DNA from: Octopus sinensis
Taxonomy: Eukaryota
Direction: 5' to 3'
Assembly (NCBI RefSeq): GCF_006345805.1
Contig: NC_043003.1
Coordinates: 112,902,001 to 112,966,000, forward strand
Length of the DNA: 64,000 nt
Under the pieces are notes generated by a model that saw only the letters and a program-made list of their open reading frames with translations, was not told the DNA's origin and did not search any database. Below are positions 38,491-52,672 of this stretch, in pieces (position 1 is the stretch's first letter; each line of letters begins with the position of its first letter). A program made the position numbers and the translations under genes.

Positions 38491-38870
38491 GATAAAAATA
38501 CAAACTGGGACAAGAACGCAAAACATTTAAAAGACGATGCAAAAAACACGAACGGGATATTCGAAGCCTTCAATCTTCAGTCAAGAACCGGATCATCCTC
38601 GCAATTTCGGCTGATTAATTTTAAGATTGCTCCAATCTGGCCAGCCCCAAGGAAAAACTAAGCTAAGCGCATTAGATTCCTTGGAAGAAAGCTTCGAATG
38701 TATACAAAACAAAGACGGAGAAACGGACGATGTTACACGAATATGAATACAAAAATAATACGTAAAAACTATAATAATAATAATACGTAAAAACAATGAA
38801 GATAATAATAATAACAATAACAGGACGTCACAAACAGGCGTCTTTCGACTAGGATGAATTAAACTCAGCT
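38491..38870 (-). repeat. Family F repeat
   Basis: Reverse complement of 6256-6540 with a longer tail. Confidence 0.8.
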
Positions 38871-38899
38871 AGCGTGTTAGGAATGTGCCTTGGGGCAGA

Positions 38900-38938
<39 letters not shown>

Positions 38939-38955
38939 TATGTGAAGAGAGAGAG

Positions 38956-39018
<63 letters not shown>

Positions 39019-39489
39019 CGATGTTCATTTAGACAAATCACTATTGTTTTAGCAAAACTTGTCCATTCTTTCATCCTATAACCACAGACAAGACCGGCTT
39101 CTCTAGCATTTCATTTTTTTACATTTTACCATTGTTTCCAAATTGCTTTTCAAGAAATACTTTCTACAATTCATTTCTGTGATTAGCTTTCTATGCTCAA
39201 CATTTTTGTCTTTCAAAAGTTTGCTTTCTTCGCCATTACGTCATCTCACTTCATCCCTATTTATTCAATATGATTCAATTTAAAGGTTTCTAATTTGATT
39301 AAAAAGAATTTGTTTAGACTCGTTTCTTTGTACATTTTTCTAATTTTGGCTATTTTTACCTTCAATCCTTGATCTTGCTCTTCAATCCTTGTTCCGCTCC
39401 ATTTCTGCTTCTTATTTTCTTTTATTTCATATATTTATGACTATTTAGGAGACTTTTCATAGCTTTGAGTTGTCTCTTGCTTTTTATGA

Positions 39490-40715
39490 TGGTATGTGTT
39501 TGGAGGATTAAGTTTATTTTGTGGTCCTTTTTCTTTAGCAGGGGAAGGTTTTAAAGGACGGTGTCGAAGGCTTCATTGTTAAGAAGGATGTGTGTGGAGA
39601 TGTATGGTAGGGCTCTTGATTGTAAATCCTTCTTTAATTTGGGATGTTTGAATTCGTGGATGTTGAGTTGAAGAGCATGTTGAAAGCCTATGTCAATTAG
39701 TGAAGGTGGATTGTTCCTGGTGATGAGTATATCCTTTAGTTCATGTAGTCGTGTGTCTCTGGTGTTTGCATTAGAAACTATAGTACATATCCTTTTTGCT
39801 AGGTTGAAGGGGATATTCATTCTGGTGTGTCTGGGGTGGCATGAGCTGAACGGTAGATATTGCTTGGAGTCCGTGGGCTTATAGTATATGACTGTTTCAA
39901 TTACGTTGTTAGATCTCTTAACGATGATATCGAGGAAGGGAAGTTGTTGATGGCTATATTCATCGTGAATTGAATGATTACGTCAAGTCCATTTATAAGT
40001 GCTTGGAATTCTTTAAGTCTCTCTATACTTTCATGCCAAGCAATGAAACAGTCATCCAGGTATCTTTTCCAGTTATTTTCTACGTAGAGGGAGAATGGGT
40101 CTCCATATTTTTCTAGAACGTTACGATAAAAACAAATTTCTAGATATCCCATGACTAGGTTAGCAAATGAGGTGCCATTCTCGTACCCTTCGCAGTCCCC
40201 GACTTTTTGTCGATAGAAGTTGTCTTTGAAGACGAAGTAGTTATTCTCCAAGATGAATTTAACCCCTTCTATCACGAATTCTTTTTAGATGCGATGTGGG
40301 AGTTCGTTGGCGTAATTCTCAAACCAGAATTGAATTGCCTCTATTCCTAGGTTTTGGGGGATATTGGAATAGAGGTTGACTACATCGAAGGATACTAGTA
40401 GGGTGTTTTTGTTTATTGTTTCAGAAAGGTGATTGATCATATCCAGGTCGTCCCTTATATAGCTTTTGACATGCTTAAGAAATGGTTTTCAGAGGGTATC
40501 TAAAATGTTACTGAGGCGATGGGTTTCGCATGCGGGACCTGCTATTATAGGTCTCAATTTGAGGTCATTAGGAGTAGGGACTTTGATTATTATGTTTGTG
40601 GCTATCTTCCATGCGTTACTTGTTTACTCACTTTTGTGTATCTTAGGAATACCGAAGAATTGACTGGATTTACTTTTGAAATTGGTCATATAGTCATATT
40701 CTTTGTCGATGAGTC
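39490..40715 (-). mobile_element. PLE RT fragment, 5'-truncated
   Basis: [88 protein letters not shown]. Confidence 0.9.
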
Positions 40716-40872
40716 CGACAAAGAATATGACTATATGACTATATATATATATATAATATATATATATAATATATATATATATATGCATATATATGTACAT
40801 ATATATATATACATATATATACACATATATATACATACATTTATACATATATATAATATATATATACACATG

Positions 40873-40911
<39 letters not shown>

Positions 40912-41026
40912 GTTATGAGAGGTAATGGTGTCAGTAAGACCCAAAGGTGTCAGGTAATGCTGAGTAAGGGCTATAGATAGAACATAGTTAAGCTCCAGGT
41001 TCGGTGGCGATGCGAATAAGAAGTCC

Positions 41027-41062
<36 letters not shown>

Positions 41063-41873
41063 ATGTACATGTATACATATGTATATATATATGTTTATGT
41101 ATATATGAATATATATATATATGTATATATATATACATATATATGTATATAAAGGTATATATATATATATATATATATGTGTGTGGTGTGTGTGTGTGTG
41201 TGTGTGTATGTATATATCATAAATATGCATGTGCGCAAGTGTACGTATGAGTAGATGGAAGGATGAATCCGTGGCTGGATCTATGTATGTATGCTAGAAT
41301 AGGAAATATAGGAAGACATATATGAGAAAAGGGTAATAGAAAATATCTTCAAATTTGGAATTCCCTTTCTATTTGAACCTTTAGAAAATATCATAAGAAT
41401 ATTTATATTTCTTTTCGGAAAGTAACGGAATGTATAAGGTTGAAAATAAATTGATCTCTGCAATTGATTTTCTTCATCAAAGGATATATGCCGTGCTGAA
41501 AATGAAAGAATTTTGTAATGGAATATTGCTCTAAGGCGAATACGATCGGCAAACGCATAAGAGGCATCATTTCATGAAAACACTGTGAAGCGTTAAGTGA
41601 AGCTTATCAAAAAAAGAAGAGAAAAGAAAAATAAGTAATGCGATGCTTATTATTAGTAATAAATATAAATACATGATTTCTTACATAACACTCACATACA
41701 CACACACACAGCCACGAATATGTACACATACATATATACAATCTGGAACACATAGACATGTAAATATATATGCAGAGCAACACAGAGAACAACACAGAGT
41801 AAGTAGTATCTTGAAAAATTTCTATAACTTTAATATACAACGCTAACTATATATCCTTAATTATATGCATGTG

Positions 41874-41973
<100 letters not shown>

Positions 41974-42426
41974 TGTGTGTATACATGTATCTATGTGAAA
42001 CTTATATGCGGAATATTGAATGATAAAGAAATATATGTTTGTAAATGAAAGAATCTACCGATGTATGAATAGATAGCACCATGAATGCGTGGCTAACAGC
42101 AGAGCCACACCCACACAGAGCAGCGTACTCCTCTCTGCTCCTTGCTGAGTACTCCTCTCTGCTCCTTGCTTTCATTCTCAAGATATTCATATGTACGTGT
42201 TGTAGGAAGGATGTTCATACATGCATAAATATATACATACATGCATGCATACATTTATACATACATACGTACATACATACATACTTGCATGCACATATAT
42301 ATGCAGATGTGTATATATATATATATATACGTATATATACGTATATAATTTATATATATGGACATATACACACACACATATATATACATATATATATATA
42401 AAGATACATACGCACGCACACACACA

Positions 42427-42496
<70 letters not shown>

Positions 42497-42594
42497 TTAT
42501 ATATAGACACTCTTTCGGGACCACTACTGTTCATAATGGTCCTCAGCCACACAGAGAACTACATTCACAAGTTATGCAGATGCTACAAAAGTCT

Positions 42595-43165
42595 CACAGG
42601 TAATACAGAACCCTGAAGACACTATGCACCTGCAATGTGAGCTGGACAAAAGTGGACTGAAAAGAATAGCATGCAGTTTAATGCTGAAAAGTTTCAAGGC
42701 TTTTACTATCAGAATGCAAAACTAAATGCAATACCTATTAAATACACTGGACCTGGAGGGATTGCAATCCCAGAAGCACAGTCAGTGCGAGACCTGGGTA
42801 CTTACATGAGTAATGATGCAACCTTCCATGTGTATGTTGCTAAATTGGCAATGAAATGAAAGCGGCTGACCGGACAGATTTTTGAACTTTTAGAACAACA
42901 GATCAGGAAAACGTGATGGTCCTCTGGATGACACTTATCCTAAGCCACTTTGGCTATTGCTCTCAGCTATGGTCACCAACCAGTGTCAAATTAATCTCAG
43001 AACTTGAGGCAATCCAACAAAGCTACACGAAGAAGATAGCCTCTATGCAGCATATAAGCTACTGGGAAAGACTCAAGAAATTAAGATTCTATTGCTTAGA
43101 TTAAGACTATTGCTTAGAACGTAGACGAGAAAGACATGTCATAATATATATCTGGAAGAAACACA
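42595..43165 (+). mobile_element. CR1-like LINE fragment
   Basis: MQFNAEKFQ...YTGPGGIAIPEAQSVRDLG...YCSQLWSPTSVKLISELEAIQ...SYWERLKKL; same family as 4698-5190. Confidence 0.85.
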
Positions 43166-44159
43166 CCTTTAGTTCATATAAGTGATATCTATCCTAATAT
43201 AATATAAGCATAAATTTTCTTCTTACATTTCACATTCACTAGATATATATGGTTTCATTTAATATACATATAGTTATATATATTCCTCATTCATTTAGTT
43301 TTTCTTTCCTTTGTCCCTCCCCTTTCTATAGGCTACCTTTGTCGTTATATCTACATTTTTTTACTGACGGCTTTACTATTGTTGTTGAGCGTATTAGAGC
43401 TTGTCTTAGGAGACTTTTCATAGAGTTGGGCTGTTTCTTGCAAACGCATTAACAGTTGTAACCTAAAAATTAGCTTCAGTTACATCATGAGTTTGACAAA
43501 TATAACATCGCACACAATCAAAATAGTCGAAGGTCAATCCTCATTCAAAAACCTAAATGCAGGCTCGTTAAAGATAATCTGCAACACATAGAAGTCAAAT
43601 GTGAGTCAAAGTCCACCTCTATACAATCCAACTTATATGTGATATGAAAGCACTACGCAGGCTTTTTACATAGGGTAAGTTTAAACCAAAATTTATTTAA
43701 AAGTTAAAAAAAATTAATGTGTTCTTAAAGGAACTTAGATAAAAGGATAGAAATAAATCTGCTAAATATGTTAGGAAATTTATACAAAACGCTTCTACAT
43801 ACAGTGTCAAATAGAAGTTGATGAAAAGATCTAAATATTACATAAATGAAAGCAAAATGTACGATCGTTACATAACTGTAATAGGAAAACCTGATAAACT
43901 CTCTTAACTAAGGTTATTATATATCGTGGAAGTTGTAATAACACGTGGTTGAAAACGTTAAGAACTGAAAGTGCTTGCACATCTATAAAAGCAAAGCCTA
44001 CACACGTTTTGTGAAATCTCTTCCCAAAGGTTTGTGTCTTTCGACTTTCTAAAAAGGTTCTTTTTTCAATCTTAACTCTGAGAAAAAATCTTCTCTCCAA
44101 ATATTATAACTCTATCAAAGAATTTCGAAAACACTATATATATAATATATATATGTGTG

Positions 44160-44221
<62 letters not shown>

Positions 44222-44820
44222 CAGAGACAGAGACAGAGAGAGAGAGAGACAGAGAGAGAGGTATTTTCTACATAGAATACACTTCGAAGTGCTCAAGAGC
44301 TTTGAACTTCGATTAGTGTTGATATTTCCTGGGGCTAAAAAACCAATACCATTCGTCCTGATCGAGACTGCCACGTTCTGTTGGCAAATAATCTTTACTC
44401 TAGAGTACTGTTACTGAATGTCTCTCGTTGACAAACTTACAAAAAGTAATTTTCTATTTTATTCGATCAGTGACTGTGTGTCACTTTGAAAACTATATAC
44501 TTCGAACAAAAACTTAGCAGCTCTACCTATACCCGAACGATTGTTATGTGCTGATGAAGAGAAATAACCCAGAAATCGCGTTACACAGGTATTGTTTTGT
44601 GCTGAGTGGGGATACAAAACTCCCTTGTTCGAAAATATAAGGATACAGACAGTGCGTCGTCTAGCCAGCTGGAGACGATGTTCATGGGGCTAAATAGCAG
44701 AAGCATTCGTCCTAACCAGGACTGCCACGTTATGTTAGCAATTAATCTTTACTCTAGAGTACTGTTACTGAATGTCTCTCGTTGAGAGATTTACAAATAG
44801 TAATTTTTTTATTAAATATC

Positions 44821-44926
<106 letters not shown>

Positions 44927-45621
44927 CACACACATATATATATATATATATATCTACACGCACACACATACACACACACATATGTATATATATATAGAGA
45001 GAGAGAGAGAGAAAAGAGACAGAGAGACAGAGACAGACAGACAGAGACTGAGAAAGAGGGACGGTATGTTCTAGGTAGGTAGGTCGATAGGTTGGTATGT
45101 AGGTAGGTAGGCAAGCAGGCAGGTAGGTAGGTAGGTAGGTAGGTAGGTAGGTAGGTAGGTAGGTAGGTAGGTAATTAGGTAGGTAGGTAGGTAATAAATT
45201 GATTCGAAATTAGTGTCATGTTTAGAGACGCATAACTAGAGCTTTTCTTTTGGGGGAGAAAAAAAAAAGGTGGCGTAGGTTTTCGATCGAAGGGGATCGT
45301 AAAAGGGAAAAAAGAACATAAAGGAGAAAAAAAGAAGAAAAAAAAGGAAAAGAAAAAAAGAAAAAAGGGAAAAGGAACAAAATAAAAGAAAAATGAAAAA
45401 AGAAGAAAAAAGAGTAAAAAAGGGGAAGAGGAAAAAGAAACGATCAATAGGGAACGTGTATCACTGTGTCATGATGTATGGTGTAAAGGGGAAAGCAAGT
45501 TAGGTTTATCCGTGGGAAGAAAAGCCTACGAAAATGACCACGGTAACCTTGGCCAATATTGTTATATGTTACCACATTTGTTTGCAAGTGGGTAACCCTC
45601 TGTTTTCAATTCCTGGGTTCA

Positions 45622-45677
<56 letters not shown>

Positions 45678-45739
45678 ATAGACAGATTGATAGATAGACA
45701 TAAATAGAGAAACAGAGATAGCTAGATAGATAGACAGAT

Positions 45740-45851
<112 letters not shown>

Positions 45852-46043
45852 GGTAAGCAGGCTGACATTTCGAATGCTGACATTGACTGTCCACTGATAA
45901 ATCAACAAAGCAAAGTTTAAGAACTAATCGTTTTCATTTGATTTCATATCTAATGTCAAAAGATACCCGAACGGTCTACTTCAATGTAGTATTAGTAGTG
46001 GTAATGGTGGTATGTATATATGTGTGTGTGTGTATATATATAT

Positions 46044-46111
<68 letters not shown>

Positions 46112-46372
46112 ATACATATATATATATATATATATATACATAATATGTCATTGACGTTGATGATGGTGGTGGTGGTGGATTGCATTTCTCACTGGCGTGC
46201 CGCGTGCCTCCGTAGACGACGATGTTGCCTAAGACAGTGCTATTACAGCATATCGATTGATATCACCTAAGGGAGATCATCCACTTGCTATGGCTGTATC
46301 GTCGTTTGAACCTTATTAATTTCTGCTTCTTCTACTAACAGACCTTTCTCCTCTCGACATCAAGAAATATAC

Positions 46373-46403
<31 letters not shown>

Positions 46404-46614
46404 CGTATGTATAGTGAATCTGCTGTACTTATTGCTACTACCGCTAAGATAGAAGGATTAAATACAAGGAAGATGTGAAATAAATATTTTATTCTGGGAA
46501 TTGAACTTTTTAATGTCTCGTAGTTTTACTCAGTTGTGTTGATAAAGTTTGGATTGGCTGGTTTCGAATTATGACTTATCAACATGTAATTGTAAGCGTT
46601 TTAAAATGTTAATT

Positions 46615-47046
46615 GGATCTTTTCGGTTTGAACGGCAGTTTATAACATAATTTCTTGGTAACTAAAAACTTTTAAACTTCCTATACTGGTAGAATGTGTT
46701 TATAAAACATCTTTTCTTCTTGGCTTTATTGAGAAAATTCTATAGTTTGTAAGATATTTGTTGTTTTTTTCTTTAATTTCTGCAATTTCAACCTATCAAT
46801 CACGTCTATTGAGGTGAAAGCATTCTGTGCCGTATGAATATGTCCCTCATTTAAGAAACAGACTGGGTTTATTTACATTTGTGAAGAAAAAAAGATACCA
46901 TTCGCCTCCATCCCTAACCCTAACCCTAACTAACCCTAACCCTAAAACAGATTGAAATGCAATAGATCGATACTAGGGTCATAATTATGGTTGACAATTT
47001 CATATGACACCGCTAGAAAAAACTGCCATTCAAACCGAAAAGATCC
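46615..47046 (-). mobile_element. MITE with TIRs and internal (CCCTAA)n, copy 2
   Basis: TIRs GGATCTTTTCGGTTTGAACGGCAGTT / AACTGCCATTCAAACCGAAAAGATCC; flanks TGTTAATT and TGTTAATG; telomeric hexamers at 46912-46944; reverse of 23050-23472. Confidence 0.9.
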
Positions 47047-47679
47047 TGTTAATGCCTGGGTATCATACATGATTCCAAATTTATGTTCTTTCATGTGTTG
47101 AGATGCATTCTTTTATGTGTGCTTGTTAATTAGTTTAGTAACACTTTGAGGTATGTTATAAATGCTAACTTTGTAGAGGTTCAAGTTTTGTCCGACGTTA
47201 CGTGAGTATTGCTTCAAATTTTTGTTTAATTAATTTGATGATTTCTGTTTTTTTTTAGTTAGTTGCTTTAATCACTGTTCTTGTCCAGAGTTTGTGCATT
47301 TTTAAACGCCGGGATGTATTTGGTAGTTTTAAACGTTCATTTGGGTTTCGAAATAGTTTCCTGATAGTTTTTGTCACAATATGGGACTTTTTCTCGTATT
47401 TATTTTTTACAAAACGTCTCCATTCTAGATAGCACTTGATTTAAGAAAGTTGGTTTGGAAGATACCTCTATGATTGCCAATGAGAAAATTAGGGTCATTT
47501 TTTTAGCTTCCTTATTCCTTATGAAGTCGTTTAAGACGAGGTCAGAGCATCAAATGTGAAAGAATTGTTAATTATAAATAGTAAGGTGTGCTCACTAAAA
47601 CTTTCTTCGATTTACTGCGCAAATTAGATCTTAAATATGCGCGAGCATGTGTGTTAAAAGGTGTGCATGTAAAGAAGCC

Positions 47680-48625
47680 TAACCTACATACATAGATACA
47701 AATCAATTCTCATACCGACAGTTGGGCTGCTTGATTGGACGCTTGATGAGACCCAAGCCATTGATGGGATAACCCCAAAAATACTGACAAGCACACAATT
47801 TCCACATAAACAGTGACGTAGACCGCCTCTGCCTAAAACGAAAACAAGGCGGCATAGACTTAACATCGATTCAAAATGCCTTTCAATGACGTATCATATC
47901 CCATCGGCAACATTTTTTAACTATCAAGTGTCGAAGTGCATCCCTTGGCCACGTTTGCATGCATGAGGCTGATAACATCATAAGACTTGGAAGGCAGCTC
48001 CTTGAGCAACGCTCTTCGTCGGATTACCTAGAATACATGCCCAAAGAAGTCGCACGACTCTACCGCATCGTTTCATCAGCTGAAAGGATGAGCCTGTGTG
48101 AGCAGAAGACTATGCATGGTTATGTTAGTAGAAAGGTCCATGATGATAGTAACATCGATCATCAAAGCAGTTTATCATGGACTAATAACCGGATTACTAC
48201 CTCCCATTTTGAAGGGGAAATATCAACCAAGTACCTGATGCACAAAAGGGATAGAATGCAGGTAAAGCCATAAAGTGTGACAACCGATGCAGACTTTGTG
48301 GGGTTCACGCTGAAGATGTCACTCACATCATAAGCAGTTGTCAGAAAATGTCATCACGGTATTATCTACCAATGAGACAGGATTTTTTAGCTAGGATACT
48401 CTATAATGAAATCTGTCGGAAGGATAACTCCGAGGACAAAGAAAGAAGAGCCCACAGTATGGTAGAAGCCATTGTCACTCATATTAAAAGGGAGTATTTA
48501 TGGAATGTCCCAGTGAAGACCTCAATAAAATGTAAGCACAATAGACTTGGTATAATGATTTGGGATAGAGCTGAGAAATTGTGTACAGTTGTCGAAGTTA
48601 GCTGCTCCGAATGCCGTATGGTATC
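47680..48625 (+). mobile_element. R4/Dong-like LINE fragment (post-RT, CCHC, start of RLE)
   Basis: DVDRLCLKRKQGG, CRLCGVHAEDVTHIISSCQKMSSRYYLPMR, WNVPVKTSIKCKHNR..IMIWDR..CTVVEVSC. Confidence 0.8.
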
Positions 48626-48686
48626 ACTCACACAGCACCTGTTAAACAACAACAGTAAAAATAAATATATAAATGCAGTTGTATAT

Positions 48687-49289
48687 ATAAGAATGTATAA
48701 AAATTTATACACAGGAGTGGCCCTTGACAGGACTCCTTACATGCTAAAAAGGCAGTTAAAGTCCAAACCACGAGAAAAAGAATTCATAAGGTTCGCTGTT
48801 AATGACATCAGAGCGAACAAAAAATGAATTAATTTAATTCTGTACTCGAGTTTCACTATTAATAGCCAAATAAATACATTTGGTATCCGAAGATCTTCTG
48901 CAGGATCGCTAATGAATCCATAATTATGTAGTTGCAATACGGACCGAAAACACGAGCGCAAGACAGTTACACCTCTAATCATTATGGATTCGAACTTAGT
49001 GAGCCAGCATAAACATATAGCGCACGTGTTTTCCTTACGTATTGCAACTACATAATTATGCATTCATTAGCGATTCTGTTGAAAATCTACGGATACCAAA
49101 TTTATTTATTTGGCTATTAATAGTGAAACTCGAGTACGGGCTTAACGAATTCATCTTTTGTTTGCTCTAGTGTCATTAACAGCTTGCCCTATGAAGTTTT
49201 TCGTGGCTTGGGTTTTAACTACCCTTTTTAGCATGTAAGGTCTCCCGTCAAGGGTCTCCTCTCTGTGTATAAATTTTGTACAGTCTTAT
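48687..49289. repeat. ~600-bp foldback (about 270-bp diverged arms, 60-bp spacer)
   Basis: 48687-48959 is the reverse complement of 49020-49289 at roughly 80% identity by eye, with long perfect blocks such as GTACTCGAGTTTCACTATTAATAGCCAAATAAATA. Confidence 0.9.
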
Positions 49290-49389
49290 GTTTAAAAATC
49301 TGTTATGTCTTATGACTTGTATTACGCATACCACTGGTAATAAATTATTTTAATTTACTAACCTGATATTTAATCTCTCTCTCTTTCTT

Positions 49390-49428
<39 letters not shown>

Positions 49429-49544
49429 ATATATATATATGAGTAAATGGAAGGATAAGCAAGTTAGGCAAGCCGCTATACAAAGTGTATTAAATGCATT
49501 TAATGCCAAAAAATGTTCATATGCTTACATATAAGAAGGTACAA

Positions 49545-49836
49545 CCTATACTGAATAAAAATGATATCAGGAACTAAGGGGGTTGGTTAAGAGTTTCCCG
49601 AGTCCAAGAGCTGTTATTGGTGGTTTAGTAGTCCAAGATAATGATTCTAAATTGATTCCATCATCGGATAATACCAGTCTCCGTCTTCAGGGAAGAGCTT
49701 TAAATTTGAGGTGTTGACAGAAAGGGGATTTGAGATGTAAATTATTGGGTCCCCAAAACCCCCGTAACAGCTGTGGGACTCGTAAAACTCTTATTCAACC
49801 GCTTTAATTCCTGATATCATTTCTGTTCAGTGTAAG
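49545..49836. repeat. MITE-like element with 72-bp diverged inverted arms
   Basis: 49545-49616 versus the reverse complement of 49765-49836 (shared AAATGATATCAGGAA, TAAGAGTTT, CGAGTCC, AGCTGTTA). Confidence 0.75.
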
Positions 49837-49987
49837 ATGTGTATTTAATATTTTTTGTATATCGAGTTTTCTTGCTTATCTTTACATTCACTCCTCCACC
49901 TGCTCAAGTTTAAATAACTTTAGCACTACGAAGTATGTTTTATACAGAGAATACCTGTCTCTCTCTCAATCTCATATATATATATAT

Positions 49988-50281
49988 ATCACGTGACCGA
50001 CCAGACCATCAGATGTTGTTACACATCGCTGGTCACAATGCCTTCACATTGTTTTTTAGCCTTCGAATGATGCCAACCCGCTAGCTAAGCAAGCAGGCCA
50101 ACAGAAGAAAGAAAGAGTGGTGAAAGAGTACAGCAGGGATCACCACCCCCTGCCGGAGCCTCGTGGAGCTTTTAAGGTGTTTTCGCTCAATAAACACTCA
50201 CAACGCCGGGTCTGGGAATCAAAACAGCGATCCTACGACCGCGAGTCCGTTGCCCTAACCACTGGGCCATTGCGCCTCCAC
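49988..50281 (-). mobile_element. SINE family A, tail type 1
   Basis: Reverse complement of 1142-1446. Confidence 0.85.
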
Positions 50282-52374
50282 TCACACACATTCTAAGTTT
50301 TTCGACTATAGTTTGGAATCTAGGTAGCTGGAAATGAGCAATGGTGCACATTTATTCAAGGAGGAAGATAAAGGACGCGAAACTACTGATAACCTTAACA
50401 TTGAATTATAATGTGCAATCTTTATTTAATATAGAAATAGATTGTTTTTCTTTAAGGAAAACACAAAAAGATAGGAGTGACTGTATATATTTATGTTGTA
50501 GTGGTCTTCGTTGGTGAGATCCTGGGGGAGAAATAATTACAATCATACACCCTATTTGTATTCACTGTACTCTTTTGTGTGTGTACATAAATATATAGGA
50601 AATTATTTCTCTATGTATATAAATACAGGAAATTGATTTTGAATGTGGTTTGATATAAACGAAAATTGATTCTGTAAAGTAAAATATTTAATATAAATTC
50701 AGCAATTCTATGTTGGCATTCCGAGTAGTCAACACAATATATGAGAAGAAAAAGGAAAAAAAAGAAAATTTATGGCTTTTATGAATAATAAAAATTTGAA
50801 TCCGATGTATTCAATTCTTTAGTCATATTGTCCTCGTATATGCAGTGCGTATATAAAAAAAAAACCAAAAAATTTTACATCCCGTTAAAAGAATTATCAA
50901 AGCTTGGTTTTATATGAAGCTGTCCGGTTAGGTGAGCCTAAAAGAATGTCATCTACTAATATTTGATAGACCTTCACTAATATTTTTCTTTTTGTTGATA
51001 AAATATATTGACTGGAAAGGTAAGAACTGTATTGACCTTTTTATTAAATTAACAATAGATTCAATTATCTCATGTTTCTTAAGAAGCTGTTAAAGGGTAA
51101 AAGATGGTCTGGTCCCATAAATCCAGATCAGATCAGAGGGAAATATATATCACTTCTGAAAATTCTTCATTTAGTTCATACTGGATATGTATGCAACAAT
51201 AAAATTAGGATATTTTGTTTTCACCAGATTAAGTTAAAGCTGGAAAATGTATTTATTTAAGACATGGCTCAAGCAACGACGAAAACCCACCGAATTTTGG
51301 TCATCTGACCAACATGTCATCGTTTTTCACCGGAGAGACAGCTAAATGTTTGGATACATCAAACTTGTGTTCGGCATACTAGATGGTTTGATCATCCTGA
51401 TATATTTCTTACACACAGTCCAAAACGTAATGAAATAGGTGAATCGTTTGCATGACACAGACATCATTGTAATTTGCATGATATTGTTTCATAGGTTTTC
51501 ATGAGAAGGAAATTAATTCGAAGAATCTATTTTCGAAACAGTTTTCTGAAAACCTGAATCTTTGATATATTTTATAGAATGGCAAGAAAGTGATTACGCT
51601 CTCCTGTTGATATATGAATATAATTTCGTAGTTGAATTCCTATATAATGTCTCTGGTCTTTCCCAGTAAGAAGCAAGTTTCATGGTCTATGTGAAGTAGT
51701 AAATGAACAATTAAATTAACTTGCATAAGAACCGCTGGAAGGGATATCCTAAGTCTTTATCTGATTGAAGCGTAAACTGATGAGAACGAATATTCACTTT
51801 CCAAAAGAAGAAAACTAGGGAAGCAAGGTTCGTGACCAAAATGATTGGAATAAAATTTCATACTACACAGAGTAGAGTATCAGTGAATAGTGACAAGTTT
51901 TCTATTTTATTCAAACACTTTTATAATAGACTGCATTGTATGATTTGTCACTTTGGTCAGTTGTATTAAGAATGTTCGGGATTAAGTGATCAATGGAAGT
52001 GATCAAATTGATTTTGCTATTTCATTATTCTGACTCAGATTGTTATGATAAAATTAAGAATTATCACACAGGCAGATATCAGCACAAACGAAGCGTGAAG
52101 AATTTTTGAAATACCGATTGCATAAATTCCTCACTTCTGATGTAATTGGATAATCTACAAAATACCTGTAATTGCACCCAATGGAAACCTAATACCAAGC
52201 ATAGTATTAAGCACAGACAACTTCATACTAGGTCTCTTCTGGATTTACTGTCAACTTTGTAAAACGTATTTACGGAAGTTTTGATAAACCGGTAACCTCT
52301 GAAGATATATAAGGCAAAGATTCAGACTGGTATATCTATCTTTCATGCAACGACTCTTATATATATTTATATAT

Positions 52375-52455
<81 letters not shown>

Positions 52456-52486
52456 AATAACATTTATATATATATAGGAATAAAAT

Positions 52487-52625
52487 TTATATATAAAGAA
52501 ACAAGAACGTGAAATACACAAAGGGACGAACACAGAAAACAGACGGGTCATTCGAAGCCTTTAATCTTCAGTCAGAAACCGGATCATCATAGCAAATTTC
52601 GGCTGATTATTTCTGATATTTGCTG
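52487..52625 (-). repeat. Family F partial copy
   Basis: TTCGAAGCCTTTAATCTTCAGTCAGAAACCGGATCATC...TTTCGGCTGATTA matches 38560-38610. Confidence 0.7.
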
Positions 52626-52630
52626 CAACG

Positions 52631-52668
<38 letters not shown>

Positions 52669-52672
<4 letters not shown>

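Noticed and set aside
38550-38590. Hammerhead core in family F (CTGAAGA..GAAT)
   Set aside because: No consistent stem II, GAAA or stem I across the four copies; GAAG/CTTC pairing would sequester the core.
43460-43700. Possible GIY-YIG relic (FYIG)
   Set aside because: One short motif amid stops; insufficient support.
51227-51440. Exon candidate after TTTTGTTTTCACCAG
   Set aside because: All three frames hit a stop within 11 codons of the acceptor.
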